Positions 45,519 to 53,862 of a DNA stretch of 53,862 nt are shown here, in pieces. Position 1 is the first letter of the stretch; every line of letters begins with the position of its first letter. Both the position numbers and the translations under genes were made by a program. Source of the DNA: a bacterium (GTDB lineage: Bacteria; Nitrospirota; Thermodesulfovibrionia; Thermodesulfovibrionales; JdFR-85); assembly GCA_036244995.1 (NCBI GenBank), contig BTTF01000001.1:1-53862 (forward strand), in the 5' to 3' direction. Below the pieces are notes generated by a model. The model was not told where the DNA came from, did no database searches, and saw nothing but the letters and a program-made list of their open reading frames with translations.

Positions 45519-46529
45519 ATGGCAGTGGCAAAGAATGAGCGTGAATTGATTGTAACTGTTAGTCCTCACATCAGAAGCGAGGAGACGGTAAGCAGGATTA
45601 TGTGGACTGTAAGCCTCAGCCTGCTGCCTGCCTTTGTGATGGCTGTATATTTCTTTGGTCCACGGGTACTGTATGTTACAGCCTTTAGCATTATAGGTGC
45701 TCTATTAAGCGAATGGCTTGTGGAGAAAATGACAAACAGGGAAGTTACCGTTAGAGACGGCAGTGCCTTTCTAACCGGTCTGCTTCTTGCGATGACCCTG
45801 CCTGCTACAGCGCCTTTTTATATCCCTCTAATCGGTTCGTTTGTTGCTGTTGCCATAACAAAGCAACTCTTTGGCGGGATCGGCTACAATATATTTAATC
45901 CGGCACTTATCGGGAGGGCCTTTGTACTGATAACCTGGCCACGGGCAATGACATCATGGATTGTACCAACTGCTGCATTTGTGGGGCTTGACGCCAAAAC
46001 CACCGCAACTCCCCTCGGACTTTTGAAAGAACAGGGTATGCCCAAACTCCTTGAGGTTTTTGGCGGCAAGACGAACCTCTATATAGATATGTTACTTGGT
46101 CACAGGGCCGGTTCACTTGGTGAGACCTCTATCATTGCACTCCTGATTGGAGCAGCCTTTCTGCTTTATAAAAGATACATCACCTGGCATATACCGCTTT
46201 CATTTCTTGCAACAGTGGCAGTCTTTGCATGGATTTTCGGAGGCAAGGAGGGACTCTTTACGGGTGACCCGGTTCTCCATCTCTTAAGCGGTGGTCTGAT
46301 AATCGGCGCCTTTTTCATGGCTACCGACTATGTGACCTGTCCCTCTGTGAAGTCCGGGCAGATATTGTTTGGTATCGGTTGCGGACTGCTTACAATACTG
46401 ATAAGGCTAAAGTCGGGATACCCCGAGGGTGTAATGTTTGCTATACTCCTGATGAACTGTTTTACTCCATTGATTGAGAGAAATATGAGGCCAAAGGTGT
46501 TTGGAGTTAGAAAGGAGGCCAGAGAGTGA
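45519..46529 (+). CDS. rnfD: Rnf complex subunit D
   Basis: NqrB/RnfD-type membrane protein (SPHIRS..., FFMATDYVT FMN-attachment region). The ATG at 45519 (GGAAGGAG lies 8 nt upstream) is preferred over 45492. Confidence 0.85.
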   Translation: MAVAKNERELIVTVSPHIRSEETVSRIMWTVSLSLLPAFVMAVYFFGPRVLYVTAFSIIGALLSEWLVEKMTNREVTVRDGSAFLTGLLLAMTLPATAPFYIPLIGSFVAVAITKQLFGGIGYNIFNPALIGRAFVLITWPRAMTSWIVPTAAFVGLDAKTTATPLGLLKEQGMPKLLEVFGGKTNLYIDMLLGHRAGSLGETSIIALLIGAAFLLYKRYITWHIPLSFLATVAVFAWIFGGKEGLFTGDPVLHLLSGGLIIGAFFMATDYVTCPSVKSGQILFGIGCGLLTILIRLKSGYPEGVMFAILLMNCFTPLIERNMRPKVFGVRKEARE

Positions 46530-47122
46530 CCTTTAAAGATATCCTCAAGATAACCGCAAACCTTGTGGTATTATACGTTATAGGCGGCCTGATACTTGCT
46601 GCCGTACATGTAAGGACAGCCCCCATTATTGCTAAAAAGGCCGCACAGGAGAAGAAAGAGGCCCTTCAGAAGATGATGCCTGAAGCTGACACTATTCAGA
46701 AATTAGGTGACTGGGAACCCCATGGAAAGCAGGCGGAATACTTTGTTGCAAAGAAGGATGGAGAGATTATCGGGTATGTGGTCCAGACCTTTGCAAAGGG
46801 GTACTCAAGTTATATAAATATCCTTTTTTCTGTCAATAATAATTATGTTGTACAGCGGATAAATATACTTCATCATGCAGAAACACCGGGGCTTGGCGAT
46901 GAAATAGATACCAGGTGGTTCAAGGAGCAATTCCGCGGTAAGGATATGGAACATCTTAAGGTTGTAAAGAAAGAGACAACTAAATACATTCAGGCCATTA
47001 CCGGAGCAACCATTTCATCAAAGGCTGTGACAAAAGATGGGATAAAAAGAGGTCTGGAATTTTTAATGAAAGCTCTGAAAGGAGAGAAACAGCATGAACC
47101 CTCTACATCAAGAAAAGGTTAG
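46526..47122 (+). CDS. rnfG: Rnf complex subunit G
   Basis: 198 aa. N-terminal TM helix and the FMN-binding motif ITGATISSKAV. Confidence 0.85.
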   Translation: MTFKDILKITANLVVLYVIGGLILAAVHVRTAPIIAKKAAQEKKEALQKMMPEADTIQKLGDWEPHGKQAEYFVAKKDGEIIGYVVQTFAKGYSSYINILFSVNNNYVVQRINILHHAETPGLGDEIDTRWFKEQFRGKDMEHLKVVKKETTKYIQAITGATISSKAVTKDGIKRGLEFLMKALKGEKQHEPSTSRKG

Positions 47123-47738
47123 TTACTGGGGATTAATTAAGAATGGAATATTTAAAGAAAATACTATATTCAGGCTCGTCATCAGTCTCTGCCCCTCTAT
47201 AGCTGTTACAAATAGTGTAAAAAATGGTTTGTTGCTGGGGGTAGCGGTTCTGTTTGTGCAGTCAATGGTTAATTCAACCGTGGCCCTTTTGAGGAATTTC
47301 ATTCATCCCAGGATCAGGCTCCCTATCTTTATGCTCATTATTTCCGGGTGGGTCACTGTTGTTGATCTGCTTATGCAGGCATATGCACGAACGGCGTATA
47401 GGGAGATTGGGCTCTACATAGAGATTATCGTTGCCTTTGCATCAATTCTTGCAAGGGCTGAGATGTTTGCCAGCAAAAACAAGGTGGGAGCGGCATTCTT
47501 TGATGGTGTTGGCTCAGGGCTTGGATTTCTTGTAGCTCTTGTCCTTATCAGTTTCTTCAGAGAACTTCTCGGCAGGGGGTCATTATTGGGATTCACTATA
47601 ATCCATACAAAACCCTTGCTCATCATGCTTATGCCAACGGGGGGGTTCCTTGTAGTAGGTCTGCTCATGGGCTTTTTCAACTGGATTGATATCAACTTTT
47701 ACGGTGGGAAAGGTGCAGGTGGTGCAGGTGGACACTGA
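47094..47738 (+). CDS. rnfE: Rnf complex subunit E
   Basis: 214 aa. NqrD/RnfE-type (LCPSIAVT...). It has an unusual Gly-rich C-terminal tail, GGKGAGGAGGH. Confidence 0.85.
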   Translation: MNPLHQEKVSYWGLIKNGIFKENTIFRLVISLCPSIAVTNSVKNGLLLGVAVLFVQSMVNSTVALLRNFIHPRIRLPIFMLIISGWVTVVDLLMQAYARTAYREIGLYIEIIVAFASILARAEMFASKNKVGAAFFDGVGSGLGFLVALVLISFFRELLGRGSLLGFTIIHTKPLLIMLMPTGGFLVVGLLMGFFNWIDINFYGGKGAGGAGGH

Positions 47739-47877
47739 CAGATTCAAAAAAATGGTTACGGGTTAAACTTGTAACGGGAAACAGACAACTCTCAACACAA
47801 AAGAATTGCATAGGTTGAATCGGCGATAATGAATAGCATAAAGAAAACAATTTGTTATTTTATCACGGAGGACAGTA

Positions 47878-48471
47878 ATGAATAGTGAATTCATAAAACT
47901 CTTTGAACTTTTTATAGCGGCATCCGTTATAAACAACTTTGTCTTTACAAGGTTTCTTGGTCTCTGTATCTTCTTCGGTGTTTCAAAAAAGATGGAGACG
48001 GCTGTCGGGATGAGTATAACATTTACATCGGTCATGGTTATTTCTGCAGCGCTTAGCTGGATTCTCTTGACTTACGTAATGATTCCCCTTAATCTTACGT
48101 TTCTGAAGATAGTTATTTTTATAGGTGTCGTAGCTGCCTTTGTGCAGGCATCGGATACAATAATGAGGAAGATAAGCCCGGGGTTATACTATAAGTTAGG
48201 AGTTTATCTTGCCCTTATCTCAACTAACTGTATCATTATTGCCGTACCCCTTATAATGACGACGGAAAAGTATACCTTTATTGAGACCCTGATATTCGCC
48301 CTTGGTTCCGGGATTGGTTTCGGCATTTCCCTTGTCATAATGGCAAGCATCAGGGAGAAGCTTGAACTTGCAGATGTCCCGAGGCCATTCAGGGGTATGC
48401 CGATTGCTTGGATTACTACAGCATTAATAGCGCTTGCATTTACAGGTTTTTCGGGATTGATAACGATGTAG
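47878..48471 (+). CDS. rnfA: Rnf complex subunit A
   Basis: 197 aa. NqrE/RnfA-type (NNFVFTRFLGLC...). Confidence 0.9.
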   Translation: MNSEFIKLFELFIAASVINNFVFTRFLGLCIFFGVSKKMETAVGMSITFTSVMVISAALSWILLTYVMIPLNLTFLKIVIFIGVVAAFVQASDTIMRKISPGLYYKLGVYLALISTNCIIIAVPLIMTTEKYTFIETLIFALGSGIGFGISLVIMASIREKLELADVPRPFRGMPIAWITTALIALAFTGFSGLITM

Positions 48472-48623
48472 CACAACTTGAATACCGCAGCACACAGGGG
48501 GCTCAGGGAAGGCCCGGATTATTAAAAATTCGGAGAATGGGAAGTTTAAATATAAACAGTCATAGCTGTATTTTAATACCTGATGACTCAATGACCAGGA
48601 ACCTAACCCGGAGGTATTAAAGG

Positions 48624-49802
48624 ATGATAGATTATAAAACAGTTACTGAGCTAATCAATGCTATTGGTGGCAGTATTGACCTTACACATATAATAAACCT
48701 CATCCCATTGCCCACTGTGGGCGCAGGTGGGGGTGTTGAGGCTAAAGGGAGTGTTGACATGGTATCGACTCTCATGTTTACATTCATATTTGTTTTAGGT
48801 ATAGGAACCACATTTGGGTTGGGGCTGGCCTTTGCAGCAAAGAAGTTTGCAGTAAAAAAAGACCCGAGGGTTGAGCAGGTGCGTGAAGTCCTTGCAAGCG
48901 CTCACTGCGGTGCATGCGGCTATGCCGGATGTGAACAATATGCGGAGGCAGTTGTTTCAAACCCTGATGTTCCCCCAAACCTCTGTACACCCGGAGGAGC
49001 AAAATGCGCTGAGATGGTTGCCATAATCACCGGAAAGAAGGCAGAGGCCACCGAGCCGATATTTTCAAGAATCATGTGCCGGGGAGACTGGCATAAGTCG
49101 GTAAAGAGGTTTAAATATGAAGGTATAGAAGACTGCAGGGCTGTTGTGCTGGCAGGTGGTGGTGACAAGGCATGTGTCTATGGCTGCCTTGGATACGCCA
49201 CATGTGTAAGGGCATGTCCATTTGATGCCCTTCATATGAATGAAGACCATCTCCCCGTTGTCGATATAACAAAATGTACGGGATGTCGTAAGTGCGAGGC
49301 TGTCTGTCCGAAAAAGGTTATCGAAATACTGCCGGCCGGCAAGGCAGTGGTAGTTACCTGCCACTCAAGGGACCGGGGCGCTGAAACGAGAAAGAACTGT
49401 CAGGTCGGCTGTATTGCCTGCGGTGTCTGTGTGAAAGTCTGCCCCTTTGATGCAGCAAAGGTTGAGAACAGTCTTTCCCGCATTGATCTGGATAAATGCC
49501 GCGTCTGTGGCCTGTGTGTAAAAAAGTGTCCGACAAAGGCGATTGTGGATTATATACCGGAAAGGTCCAGGGCATATGTTCTCAGGGACAAGTGTATCGG
49601 CTGCAATATGTGCATGAAGGTATGTCCTGTAAATGCTGCCGAGGGTGAATTGAAGAAGGTGCATACAATTGACCAGGGCAAGTGCATCGGCTGCGGTATC
49701 TGTACTGCAAGGTGTCCCAAGCAGGCCATTGACGGGACATTTAACGCCCAGGAAGTCTTTGCAAAGGCAGAAGAGAAGAAAAGGAAGAAGGCGGCAGCTT
49801 AG
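48624..49802 (+). CDS. rnfB: Rnf complex subunit B with an extended polyferredoxin C-terminus
   Basis: TM anchor, a CGACGYAGCEQYA cluster, then at least five CxxCxxCxxxCP 4Fe-4S motifs. An alternative start at the ATG at 48759 (AAGGGAG lies 7 nt upstream) would begin at the TM helix, as in characterised RnfB. Confidence 0.85.
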   Translation: MIDYKTVTELINAIGGSIDLTHIINLIPLPTVGAGGGVEAKGSVDMVSTLMFTFIFVLGIGTTFGLGLAFAAKKFAVKKDPRVEQVREVLASAHCGACGYAGCEQYAEAVVSNPDVPPNLCTPGGAKCAEMVAIITGKKAEATEPIFSRIMCRGDWHKSVKRFKYEGIEDCRAVVLAGGGDKACVYGCLGYATCVRACPFDALHMNEDHLPVVDITKCTGCRKCEAVCPKKVIEILPAGKAVVVTCHSRDRGAETRKNCQVGCIACGVCVKVCPFDAAKVENSLSRIDLDKCRVCGLCVKKCPTKAIVDYIPERSRAYVLRDKCIGCNMCMKVCPVNAAEGELKKVHTIDQGKCIGCGICTARCPKQAIDGTFNAQEVFAKAEEKKRKKAAA

Positions 49803-49821
49803 TTCTTAAAAAACCCTTTGC

Positions 49822-51093
49822 CTATAGCCTTACAATATGGACTGAACAGGATATGCAGGGGTCATAGGCACGAACGAGTGTTTCAAGCGCCGGCTTGATA
49901 TCAGGGGTCTCTTTTATAAGCGCCTCAGCCATCATCATGAGGGTTCGTTCCATATCCGAGAGGTTCATGGCAGTGGGTGTGGTTATGTTGCCCTCTGTCA
50001 CATACCCTTTTTCATCAAAGGTATAGGTATGTACAAGCATGCCCCTTGGCGCCTCAATAGCTGCCGTACCCGTACCTGCAACCGGACTGAACTCAGCCGT
50101 TATACCGCCATCCTGCCCCTCGGGAAGGTCAAGATCAATCAGCTCACCTATAATCTCCACCACCCTCTCGAGTGAAAAGACTATCTCAACACCCTGAGCC
50201 AGATTGTTCATGTAGGTACTCCGGCTCTTCATGATACCGAGTTTCTTCAAAAGTGCCCCGGCACTGCCCTTGAGTTTACTGCCTGAGTTGAGAATCCGCG
50301 GCAGGGCCCCGACCATGAAAGGCTCCTTGCCGTAAAGGGTGTGTTTTGTGTAAGAAGGTGGAAGGGCGGATTCATGGAACTTCTGATAAAAATCCCTTAT
50401 CTGTACCTTCTCCTTGCCATTTATGAGAATATCACCTCCGGTATAGCCATAACCCCTGCCTGCAAGTGAAACCCGGTTACCGACCTCAACAAGGGGTGTA
50501 TATTGAAGGGGGGGAATCTCTTTTGACAGAAAACGCGACACCTCATCTATAAGGGGTTCTGCCTCCTGCTGAACACGTTTCAGGTCTTCCCTTGAGGGCC
50601 CTGCACTCATACCGCCCACTACAGGCGTTATCTGATGAATCGCCCTCCCGCCGACACACTCCTGCATTCTGTTACCAATGCCCTTTACCTTGAATCCCAG
50701 AGAAGCAGCATCAGGCAACTCCCTGGCCATATCCACAAAAGAGCTGTAACCGTAATAATCCGGCAGGGCGAGCAGAAAGAGATGCAGCCCATGACTCTCA
50801 AGCGTCTCAGCATGAAGCAGAAGCTCCCTTAAAAGCACTGCCTCCCCTGGCGCCTTTACACCAAAGGCATCCTCTATGGCCATTACCGAAATGACCCTGT
50901 GTGAGGCAGAGCATATGGAGCATATCCTTGAGACTATTGTGGGCACGTCATTAAAATGCCTGCCCACAATGAGCTTTTCAAACAACCTCGGTGGGGTAAG
51001 TATGTCAAGTTCTACTGACTCCACACGCCGGCCTTTTATCTTAAGACCGATACTCCCATGTCCTTCCACCCTGCTTATCAGTTCTTTCTTCAT
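49822..51093 (-). CDS. [NiFe]-hydrogenase large subunit, group 3b-like (sulfhydrogenase alpha)
   Basis: 423 aa. N-terminal RVEGHG, RICSICSASH (the L1 Cys pair) and C-terminal DPCISCSVH followed by only IVRL. Confidence 0.85.
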   Translation of the reverse strand: MKKELISRVEGHGSIGLKIKGRRVESVELDILTPPRLFEKLIVGRHFNDVPTIVSRICSICSASHRVISVMAIEDAFGVKAPGEAVLLRELLLHAETLESHGLHLFLLALPDYYGYSSFVDMARELPDAASLGFKVKGIGNRMQECVGGRAIHQITPVVGGMSAGPSREDLKRVQQEAEPLIDEVSRFLSKEIPPLQYTPLVEVGNRVSLAGRGYGYTGGDILINGKEKVQIRDFYQKFHESALPPSYTKHTLYGKEPFMVGALPRILNSGSKLKGSAGALLKKLGIMKSRSTYMNNLAQGVEIVFSLERVVEIIGELIDLDLPEGQDGGITAEFSPVAGTGTAAIEAPRGMLVHTYTFDEKGYVTEGNITTPTAMNLSDMERTLMMMAEALIKETPDIKPALETLVRAYDPCISCSVHIVRL

Positions 51094-51833
51094 TATCCTC
51101 TTTCCCAGAAGAGGTCAAACCTCTTCTTTATCTCATCCTCACCAAGCCCTATCTGCCTGAATATCTCTACGAGTGCCTCCTTGTTTGCATCCTCATAAGC
51201 ACCGAAACAGCCATCACACGGCCTGCCCACCGACGGCTGCCTTGCACCACAGCCGGCCCTTGTGACAGGCCCGAGGCAGGGAAGCCCCCGGTATCTGAGC
51301 AAACACTCGTTACCCCTCATCTTGCACTCCATACAGAGCGGATAATTGGGCACCTCCGGGACCACGCCCCTGAGCAGGTACCCAAGGCAGTGCATAAAAT
51401 AATTCCTCTCTATCGGACACCCCGGAATTGAAAAGTCCACGGTGACAACGTCACTGACCGGCCGCGGGAACCCGGATGTAAACCCCTCGCCCGTTTCAGG
51501 ATAGACGTCCCTTAACCAGCCCCTCCTCTTCTTCGGGCCCCGTGCCACCACACCACCTGTGCATGCGCAGGTCCCTATGGCAACAAGGTATTTGACCTTC
51601 TTTCTAAGGCCCCTCAGGAGCCCAGCCTCTTCTGCCTGGGTTACAGCCCCTTCCACAAGGGCAATATCAGGGCTCCTGCCTGTAGTCGGCATGGCAACAT
51701 TGAGGTCAACCACCTCAACGAGGTCAAGCACCTTGAGGAGACCCTCCTCAAGATTGGTTATCTCAAGAATATCTCCTGAACACGATGTCAGGGAGTAAAG
51801 ACCTAATCTGGGTTTTTCCTTGGCCACTCTCAT
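51093..51833 (-). CDS. [NiFe]-hydrogenase small subunit (delta), NuoB-fold
   Basis: 246 aa. LTSCSGD, GTCACTGG and GCP motifs plus additional Cys clusters for the medial and distal FeS clusters. Confidence 0.8.
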   Translation of the reverse strand: MRVAKEKPRLGLYSLTSCSGDILEITNLEEGLLKVLDLVEVVDLNVAMPTTGRSPDIALVEGAVTQAEEAGLLRGLRKKVKYLVAIGTCACTGGVVARGPKKRRGWLRDVYPETGEGFTSGFPRPVSDVVTVDFSIPGCPIERNYFMHCLGYLLRGVVPEVPNYPLCMECKMRGNECLLRYRGLPCLGPVTRAGCGARQPSVGRPCDGCFGAYEDANKEALVEIFRQIGLGEDEIKKRFDLFWERG

Positions 51834-51834
51834 A

Positions 51835-52662
51835 TCAGAAGATCTCCGGCAGGTTTATTGCGTCCCAGTATGTAAATATCGGGCCATCAATGCACGTATA
51901 CTTATGCCCCACCACGCAGTGTCCGCATTTGCCCAGGCCGCACTCCATCCTCCGCTCAAGTGACATGTAAATACTCCCCTTCGAGTAACCAAGTCTCAGG
52001 AGCTTGTCAAGGACAAATTTATAAAACACAGGTGGCCCGCAAACAGCCACGGAAGTGCCCTCCAGGGGCATCGTGATCTTGTCAAGAAGCTGGGTAACCC
52101 TGCCTACATGTCCCTGCCATCTACTACTCTCCGGCACACTGTCCACGGAAAGCATGCATTTTATATCAGTCCTTGCAAGCAGATTCTGCATCTCTCCATA
52201 AAAAAGGACACTCTCGGGGTCTCTTGCACCATATCCAATTCCAACCTCTCCAAAACGCTCCCTCCTGTAAAGCACATAGCGTATAAGGGACCTAAGTGGC
52301 GCTATTCCAAGTCCACCTGCCACTATAAGGAGATTTCCACCCTCCATGGCCTCAACAGGATAACCATTTCCGTAGGGGCCGCGGATTCCAACCCTGGAAT
52401 TCTCTTCAAGTCCATGAAGTACGCCCGTCACCCTGCCTGCCTTTCTCACACAGAGATCTATAAACCCCTTCTCGTCCGGCCCGGAGGTGATGGATATAGG
52501 GGCCTCACCCACTCCGAAGATGCTGAGCATGACGAACTGTCCCGGCTTGAATGAAAAAGACTTTCTCCGCTCCTCATCGTTAAAGACAAACCGGAAGAGG
52601 CTGTGCTGTGCATCAAGGTACCTCTTCTCTACAAGAATGGCTAACTGCGGTACCAGGCTCAT
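51835..52662 (-). CDS. Hydrogenase gamma subunit: FAD/NAD(P)-binding oxidoreductase with a C-terminal 2Fe-2S site (AsrB-like)
   Basis: 275 aa. FKPGQFVML, GGLGIAPL and C-terminal CGLGKCGHCVVG. Confidence 0.8.
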   Translation of the reverse strand: MSLVPQLAILVEKRYLDAQHSLFRFVFNDEERRKSFSFKPGQFVMLSIFGVGEAPISITSGPDEKGFIDLCVRKAGRVTGVLHGLEENSRVGIRGPYGNGYPVEAMEGGNLLIVAGGLGIAPLRSLIRYVLYRRERFGEVGIGYGARDPESVLFYGEMQNLLARTDIKCMLSVDSVPESSRWQGHVGRVTQLLDKITMPLEGTSVAVCGPPVFYKFVLDKLLRLGYSKGSIYMSLERRMECGLGKCGHCVVGHKYTCIDGPIFTYWDAINLPEIF

Positions 52663-53675
52663 TCCCTTATGCTCCTTACTACCTCAACCATATCTATCCC
52701 TGCAGGACACGTCTCACTGCACCGGCCGCAGCCCGTGCATGTCGCCTTTCCGTACATCTCTGCAAACCCCATCTCTTTATGGAGATACCTGAATCTGAAC
52801 CTCTCAGGCCTTGCGCCACGGAAATTGTGCCCTCCCGTGATAAGGGCATAGTCCTTGCGCATACATGCATCCCACCTCCGCCACCTTACGGTAGTATCAG
52901 TCAACAAATCGGTTGAGTCATAAATATCAAAACACTGACAGGTGGGACAGACCATGACACAACTGCCGCAGAACAGGCACCGGTGACTGTATTGCTCCCA
53001 TACATCGCTTTTATATTCAAGTGTAAGAAGGTCTGCGAGGTTGGTAATATCCATTATGCGGGTAAACATTGCCTCCCTTATCAGTATCCTCTCCTTGTAT
53101 TCAGCTATCTCTTTTCCCGTGGGCTCCCTGAACAGGTCAGGGCAGAGTCTCAGCATATCATCACCGAGTGCAGTCCGAACACTTACCATATATACATCAT
53201 CAAGTGTGTAGAGAAACAGGTCATAAATATCCACTATAAAATCGGTATGCATTGATTTGCAGAGGCAGTATTTATCAGGCAGGCAGCTTAGTCCTATAAA
53301 CCCGGTCTTTTTACGCCGTTTCCAGTAAAAAGAATCCCTTTCCTTATATGAAAACGCCTTGTCCAGTATGTCTATGCCGTGAAGGTCGCAGGGATGAAGG
53401 CCAAAGATGATGCTGAACGGGGGCTCCTCTATGCTTACCTCGAGGTCGGATGATGTCCCCTTTATGTGAAAAAGGCCCTCCTTCGGCGGAAAGAAAAACT
53501 GCTTTGGGGGGATGACGGTGCGCAGAAATTCAGTGGCCACATTTGAAAAACCGCTGTAGTGTCTGAAAGTGTATGTCTCTTTGCCCTTTTGCTCAGGCAC
53601 TATCAGTCTGTAGTTCTCGCTTACAGTATCGAGAAACCGGGGCAGAGTCTTTTTCGTCAGGGTCCTGAAAATCAT
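52659..53675 (-). CDS. Hydrogenase beta subunit: 4Fe-4S dicluster protein (AsrA-like)
   Basis: 338 aa. CLFCGSCVMVCPTCQC and CTGCGRCSETCP. It overlaps the gamma subunit gene by 4 nt. Confidence 0.8.
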   Translation of the reverse strand: MIFRTLTKKTLPRFLDTVSENYRLIVPEQKGKETYTFRHYSGFSNVATEFLRTVIPPKQFFFPPKEGLFHIKGTSSDLEVSIEEPPFSIIFGLHPCDLHGIDILDKAFSYKERDSFYWKRRKKTGFIGLSCLPDKYCLCKSMHTDFIVDIYDLFLYTLDDVYMVSVRTALGDDMLRLCPDLFREPTGKEIAEYKERILIREAMFTRIMDITNLADLLTLEYKSDVWEQYSHRCLFCGSCVMVCPTCQCFDIYDSTDLLTDTTVRWRRWDACMRKDYALITGGHNFRGARPERFRFRYLHKEMGFAEMYGKATCTGCGRCSETCPAGIDMVEVVRSIRE

Positions 53676-53724
53676 GTCTTAATCAAGATGGTATCAGAAA
53701 ACAAGGGTGGTGTCAACCAAAGAA

Positions 53725-53765
53725 TTTTTTATACACAGACTCTAATTTTTTATACACAGACTCTA
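53725..53765. repeat. Direct repeat TTTTTTATACACAGACTCTA x2 with 21-bp spacing
   Basis: Identical 20-mers at 53725-53744 and 53746-53765. They lie 50-90 bp upstream of the hydrogenase operon start (53675, minus strand) and overlap the phoU stop codon. Confidence 0.85.
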
Positions 53766-53862
53766 TATATCAATCTCCTGAGGAGACATATGTCTTATTA
53801 TCTTTCCCTTGACCATATATACTACCATTTCAGCTACGTTGGTGGCATGATCTGCTATGCGT
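53763..53862 (-). CDS. phoU: PhoU-family phosphate signalling protein, 3' end only
   Basis: The minus-strand translation RIADHATNVAEMVVYMVKGKIIRHMSPQEIDI* matches the conserved PhoU C-terminus (IADHATNIAE..V.Y...G). The gene continues beyond the window. Confidence 0.6.
   Translation of the reverse strand, partial: RIADHATNVAEMVVYMVKGKIIRHMSPQEIDI

Overview
A 53.9 kb chromosomal segment from an anaerobic bacterium. The lineage cannot be assigned from sequence alone. The gene content fits a Desulfobacterota- or Nitrospirota-like anaerobe: an Rnf complex, a group 3b [NiFe]-hydrogenase, a selenocysteine-containing SelD and sigma-54 two-component systems. Gene density is high, with about 50 CDS and no rRNA, tRNA, CRISPR array, transposase or integrase recognised. 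Order of content: (1) 0-4 kb holds housekeeping genes (deoC, a class IV aminotransferase, selD with an in-frame UGA, a LysR regulator). (2) 4.2-7.7 kb holds a three-gene minus-strand operon of unknown function: an HTH-like protein plus two lipoproteins with DUF5666/DUF4382-like repeats. (3) 7.9-11.3 kb holds comM/yifB, a priming sugar transferase and comEA. (4) 11.5-14.3 kb holds two paralogous membrane proteins that fuse a T2SSE_N/MshEN-like N-domain to 2 or 3 DUF202 modules. (5) 14.7-20.8 kb holds nhaA, nadB, an acetolactate-synthase-like TPP enzyme and a DUF3842-CooT-DsbC operon. (6) 21-37 kb is a transporter and signalling island. It contains a tandemly duplicated CBS + ArsB/NhaD module, TauE + a small membrane protein + USP, two divergent sigma-54 two-component systems (one kinase decayed), a putative sigma-54 operon encoding two proteins that share an AEAGEFETA motif plus a second TauE, and USP + TrkH + TrkA. 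(7) 37-44 kb holds cardiolipin synthase, a small accessory patch (a DUF6765-like gene, a cupin remnant and an RHH-RelE toxin-antitoxin pair), pdxA, yjbQ and lpxK. (8) 44-53.7 kb holds rnfCDGEAB convergent with a four-subunit group 3b hydrogenase operon, followed by a phoU 3' end. The best candidates for something undescribed are the MshEN-DUF202 paralog pair, the sigma-54 AEAGEFETA-motif/TauE operon with its repeat-rich upstream region, the conserved 16-bp box shared by three paralogous promoters in the transporter island, and the lipoprotein operon with a predicted leaderless first gene. All family names come from reading the translations by eye. No database search was run.
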